From: Eledone cirrhosa
Lineage: Eukaryota
Reading direction: 5' to 3'
DNA length: 64,000 nt
Assembly (NCBI GenBank): GCA_964016885.1
Contig: OZ024762.1
Coordinates: forward strand, 17,794,001-17,858,000
Positions within the stretch are counted from its first letter, which is position 1; every line of letters starts with the position of its first letter. Of the stretch, positions 59,480-64,000 are shown piece by piece. The notes under the pieces are model-generated. The model was not told the DNA's origin and ran no database searches. It saw nothing but the letters and a program-made list of their open reading frames with translations. The position numbers were made by a program, and so were the translations under genes.

Positions 59480-60710
59480 TGATTATGGTTTGCAGGGTTA
59501 GTGGCTAAAGTTGGGTCATAGAGGTGATTTATGGTTATAGCTATTGCTAGTGGTTAGGGCTGAGGGTAGAAGTTAAGGGTTAAGGGACATGGCTGTTAAA
59601 AGTTTTGTTGTTCGGGTTAGTACTTAGGGGTAGGATTCGATGTGAGCGTTAAACGTTATTGACTAAGGTCTGTCGTTAGAGATGAGGTTAGAAGTGAGGA
59701 TTAAGAGTTATAATTACTCCAGTAATTATTGATTAGGGTTAGTGCTTAGGGTTCTTGTTAAGGGTCAGGGTTAAACGCTTGGGTTGGTTATGATTAAAGG
59801 TTTGTGGTTAAGGTTAGCGTTTAGGTTTGGGATTCGATGTAAAGGTTAAACGCTATTGGTTAAGGTTAGTCGATAAAGTTAAGGTTAGACGTGAGAATTA
59901 TGGTATATAGTTATGGCCAGTGGTTATTGGTTAGGGTAGTACTTAGAGTTCGTGTATATATGTCAGTGTTAAAAGATATTGATTAGGGTTAGGGTAATGA
60001 GTAGAGTTTAAATTTGATATCAGGGATTAAGTTCAGAGTTAAAGTTCAGCGTTAAAGGTTTAGGTGATGATTATGTCTAACGGTTATTGGTTAGGGTCTA
60101 GAATTATGGTTAGGGTCAGACTCTACGGTTACATGTTAATGTTTGGGGTTGGATGTTACAGTTTATAATTGGGGATTGTAGTTTTGGGAAGCGTTTATAG
60201 ATTAGAGTTATTGGTTAGGGTCCAGAATTAAGGTTACAGTCTAGAGTTAGTATTTAGGGGCGGGGTTAGGGTTAGGGTTAGAGCTAGGGTTAGGTTTAGG
60301 ATTAAGGCTACAGTCTAGAGTTAGTATTTAGGGTTGGGGTTAGGGTTAGGTTTAGGATTAAGGCTACAGTCCAGAGTTAGTGGTTAGGGTTAGGGTTAGA
60401 GCTAGGGTTAGGTTTAGGATTAAGGCTACAGTCTAGAGTTAGTATTTAGGGTTGGGTTAGGGTTAGGTTTAGGATTAAGGCTACAGTCCAGAGTTAGTGG
60501 TTAATGTTAGGGTTAGAGCTAGGGTTAGGTTTAGGATTAAGGCTACAGTCCAGAGTTAGTGGTTAGGGTTAGGGTTAGAGCTAGGGTTAGGTTTAGGATT
60601 AAGGCTACAGTCCAGAGTAAGTATTTCGGGTTAGGTAGTACGATTTATAGTTAGGGTTATGGCGAAGGGTGATGGTCAGAAGGGTATTTATTAGTTATCG
60701 TTAGGGTAGT
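59480..60710 (+). repeat. Degenerate TTAGGG-rich tract with 55-62 bp higher-order repeats
   Basis: ggttagggttagagctagggttaggtttaggattaaggctacagtccagagttag units at 60228-60660. Confidence 0.85.
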
Positions 60711-60837
60711 TGGCCAGGATTTGTGGCTATTGGTTAATTTTAGGCTTGAATAAAATTGAATTCGTAAAAATTCTATTTTGCAAAATTGCAAAAATTTACG
60801 AGAACTATATGTATTTCTCTCTCTCTCTCTCTCTCTG

Positions 60838-60877
<40 letters not shown>

Positions 60878-61083
60878 TCTCTCTCACTCACTCGCTCTCA
60901 CTCTCTCTCTAAATATATATATAATACATACATATATGTGTATATATATATATATATATATGTATGCGTGTGTGCGTACATAAATTTTCTATATCTATGC
61001 ATATATATATAATGTATACATACATAATGCATACATTTTCTATATATATACATACACATATATATACACATATATATACATAC

Positions 61084-61122
<39 letters not shown>

Positions 61123-61141
61123 CATATATATATATATATAC

Positions 61142-61192
<51 letters not shown>

Positions 61193-61597
61193 TATACATA
61201 CGAGGTATCATATATACACACTTGTTTATAATAAATACATATATGTTTAGAAACATTACGGTAGTGGCGCTAAGCAGACGATGTTGGCAATCAATACCAC
61301 AATGGGTTTATAAACAAAGCAGAAATCTTGTATCAAATATCAGCTGAGCTTTATTTACAAACTACTTTGGATTTGAACGTTACATTGGTGTTAGATTTTC
61401 ACAAACATGACAAAGAGTGAGAAATATTTATTATGGCTAATTAACTTCACAAATAACTTAGTAGAAAGAGGAATTGCTGTTGGAGTGTTTCAAATTCAGA
61501 AGGCAGAAGAAGTTGCAAGGACATAACAATTACTATTACTTTGTGAAGTAGATTTTGTTATTTATTGTATTGAGTATATATATACATACATACATGT

Positions 61598-61668
<71 letters not shown>

Positions 61669-61678
61669 CATGTATACG

Positions 61679-61712
<34 letters not shown>

Positions 61713-61737
61713 CATACATGTATACATATATATATAT

Positions 61738-61770
<33 letters not shown>

Positions 61771-61784
61771 TATTCCTACATATA

Positions 61785-61827
<43 letters not shown>

Positions 61828-61832
61828 CTACA

Positions 61833-61871
<39 letters not shown>

Positions 61872-61880
61872 CTACATATA

Positions 61881-61917
<37 letters not shown>

Positions 61918-61982
61918 CTACATATATATATGTATATATATATATATATTCCTACATATATATATATATATATATACAGATA

Positions 61983-62058
<76 letters not shown>

Positions 62059-62407
62059 GATATATATATATAGATATATATATACAGATATATATGTATA
62101 TATACATACATACATATGTGTGTGTAAACTATACACCAGCAATGGAATTTAGATAACAACAGCAGTGAAGACTTCCACGTTTAATTTTTTTTAAAAGTGT
62201 TACATATTTTAACTTGCTCGGTTTACAGATTGTATTTGAATAGATGGAGATGGCATGTCAGGGCGACACTGAGACAGCGTAAGAATATCTGTTGTCTTTG
62301 AGAATAATCGCTGGGAATGTGCCGCCACACTCCGTTACTTGGAATGTGTAAATACACTCCACATGAGAAGTAGATATATACTATATAAATCCTAATGACG
62401 TATATTA

Positions 62408-63310
62408 ACACTGTACGTTTTGAAGAAATATCTAAGGACTACTGCCTTTGCATTAGATGGGACTGTTTCGCTATTGCACCATGGGATGTGTACAGTATAG
62501 TATATTTACTACATACATCTGAAGACCTTGTAAGTTTTGGGGAAATACTAAGAACAATCGATTGGTCTGCTCGCCATTACACCATGGGATGTGTACAGTA
62601 TAGTATATTTACTACATACATCTGAAGACACTGTAAGTTTTGAAGAAATACTAAGAACAATCGATGGGTCTGCTCGCCATTGCACCATGGGATATGTACA
62701 GTATAGTATATTTACTACATACATCTGAAGACACTGTAAGTTTTGAAGAAATACTAAGAACAATCGATGGGTCTGCTCGCCATTGCACCATGGGATGTGT
62801 ACAGTATAGTATATTTACTACATACATCTGAAGACACTGTAAGCTTTGAAGAAATACTAAGAACTATCGATGGGTCTGCTCGCCATTGCACCATGGGATG
62901 TGTACAGTATAGTATATTTACTACATACATCTAAAGACACTGTAAGTTTTGGGGAAATACTAAGAACAATCATGGGTCTGCTCGCCATTGCACCATGGGA
63001 TGTGTACAGTATAGTATATTTACTATATAAATCTGAAGACTGTAAGTTTTGAAGAAATATCTAGAACTATTGCCTTTGCATTCGATGAGTCTGCTCGCCA
63101 TTACACCACGGGAAAAGTATAGTATAGTATAGTCACTATATAAATCTGAAGACACTGTAAGTTTTGAAGAAATATCTAAGAACTATTGCCTTTGCATTCG
63201 ATGAGTCTGCTCGCCATTGCACCATAGGAAATGTATAGTATAGTATAGTATAGTATAGTCACTATATAAATCTGAAGACACTGTAAGTTTTGAAGAAATA
63301 TCTAAGGACT
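62408..63310 (+). repeat. 103-bp tandem satellite, about 8-9 copies
   Basis: ccatggga recurs at 62479, 62582, 62685, 62788 and onward. The last units diverge. Confidence 0.95.
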
Positions 63311-64000
63311 ATTGTCTTTGTATTTAACAGAATATTCGATGGGAATGTACCGCCATTGCAGCATTAGCAAGAATGTGTAAAATAAACGCCACATGAGAAA
63401 TATATTTACTACATTTATCGCAAGCAGTCCTTAGTATTGTATATGTAGATGCTTTTAGCTACAATATCAACATCAAGTCGCATAGGAAGTAAAATATCTT
63501 GATGACATTTTAAGGGCAGCTGCTAATCATATGTTTAATGTATTTCCCAGATATTTGACATAATCAACATTTTAGGTCACGTGTTCGGGGATTAACAATT
63601 TCACTGTTTCGTTCATTTTTTTTTTTTAATCTTTTAACGAGTAATTAGTAACTATTTTTTGCTGTTGATTACAAAAGCATAACCTTCTAAATGCGGCGAG
63701 TTATGTATGTATGTATGTATGTATGTATGTATGTATGTATGTATGTATGTATGTATGTGTGTGTGTATGTATGTTTATATGTATGTATGCATGTATGTAT
63801 GTATGTGCGAATGTATTATGTGTGTATATGTACGTATGTATGTGTGTGTAAGTATGTGTGTATTTGTATGCAAGTATGTGTGTATTTGTATGTATGTATG
63901 TGTGTGTATGTATGTGCGAATGTATTTATGTGTGTATATGTATGTATGTGTGTGTAAGTATGTGTGTATGTGTGAATGCATGTATGTATGCATGTGTGTA

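Noticed and set aside
62515-63300. CTGAAGA...GAAA in each 103-bp satellite unit (possible hammerhead satellite)
   Set aside because: The intervening cactgtaagttttgaa forms no convincing stem II and stem I does not pair

Overview
Very AT-rich, repeat-saturated eukaryotic DNA with no recognisable host protein-coding exon. The (TA)n density, two tRNA-derived SINE families and the RTE/Dong LINE debris suggest an octopus-like cephalopod (inference). Almost all listed ORFs are translations of microsatellites. Real coding remnants are all retroelement pieces: a Penelope-like element (RT C-terminus plus GIY-YIG, 7222-8330) interrupted by an RTE 3' end with an 11-bp TSD, an L1/Tx1-like zinc-knuckle fragment, Dong/R4-type endonuclease tails, several RTE 3' ends and a CRE-like end. 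There are also mariner- and pogo-like MITEs, 46-bp and 103-bp satellites, and a TTAGGG-derived tract. The main hidden structure is more than 20 type-I minimal hammerhead ribozyme motifs (CTGAnGA-stem II-GAAA-short, often palindromic stem III) from about 8 short non-coding families. They sit as 100-600 bp islands inside (TA)n tracts, often as near-perfect foldbacks, and stem II covaries between copies. This looks like a community of (TA)n-targeting Penelope pLTR/retrozyme-like ribozyme elements. Structures were paired by eye and not computed.
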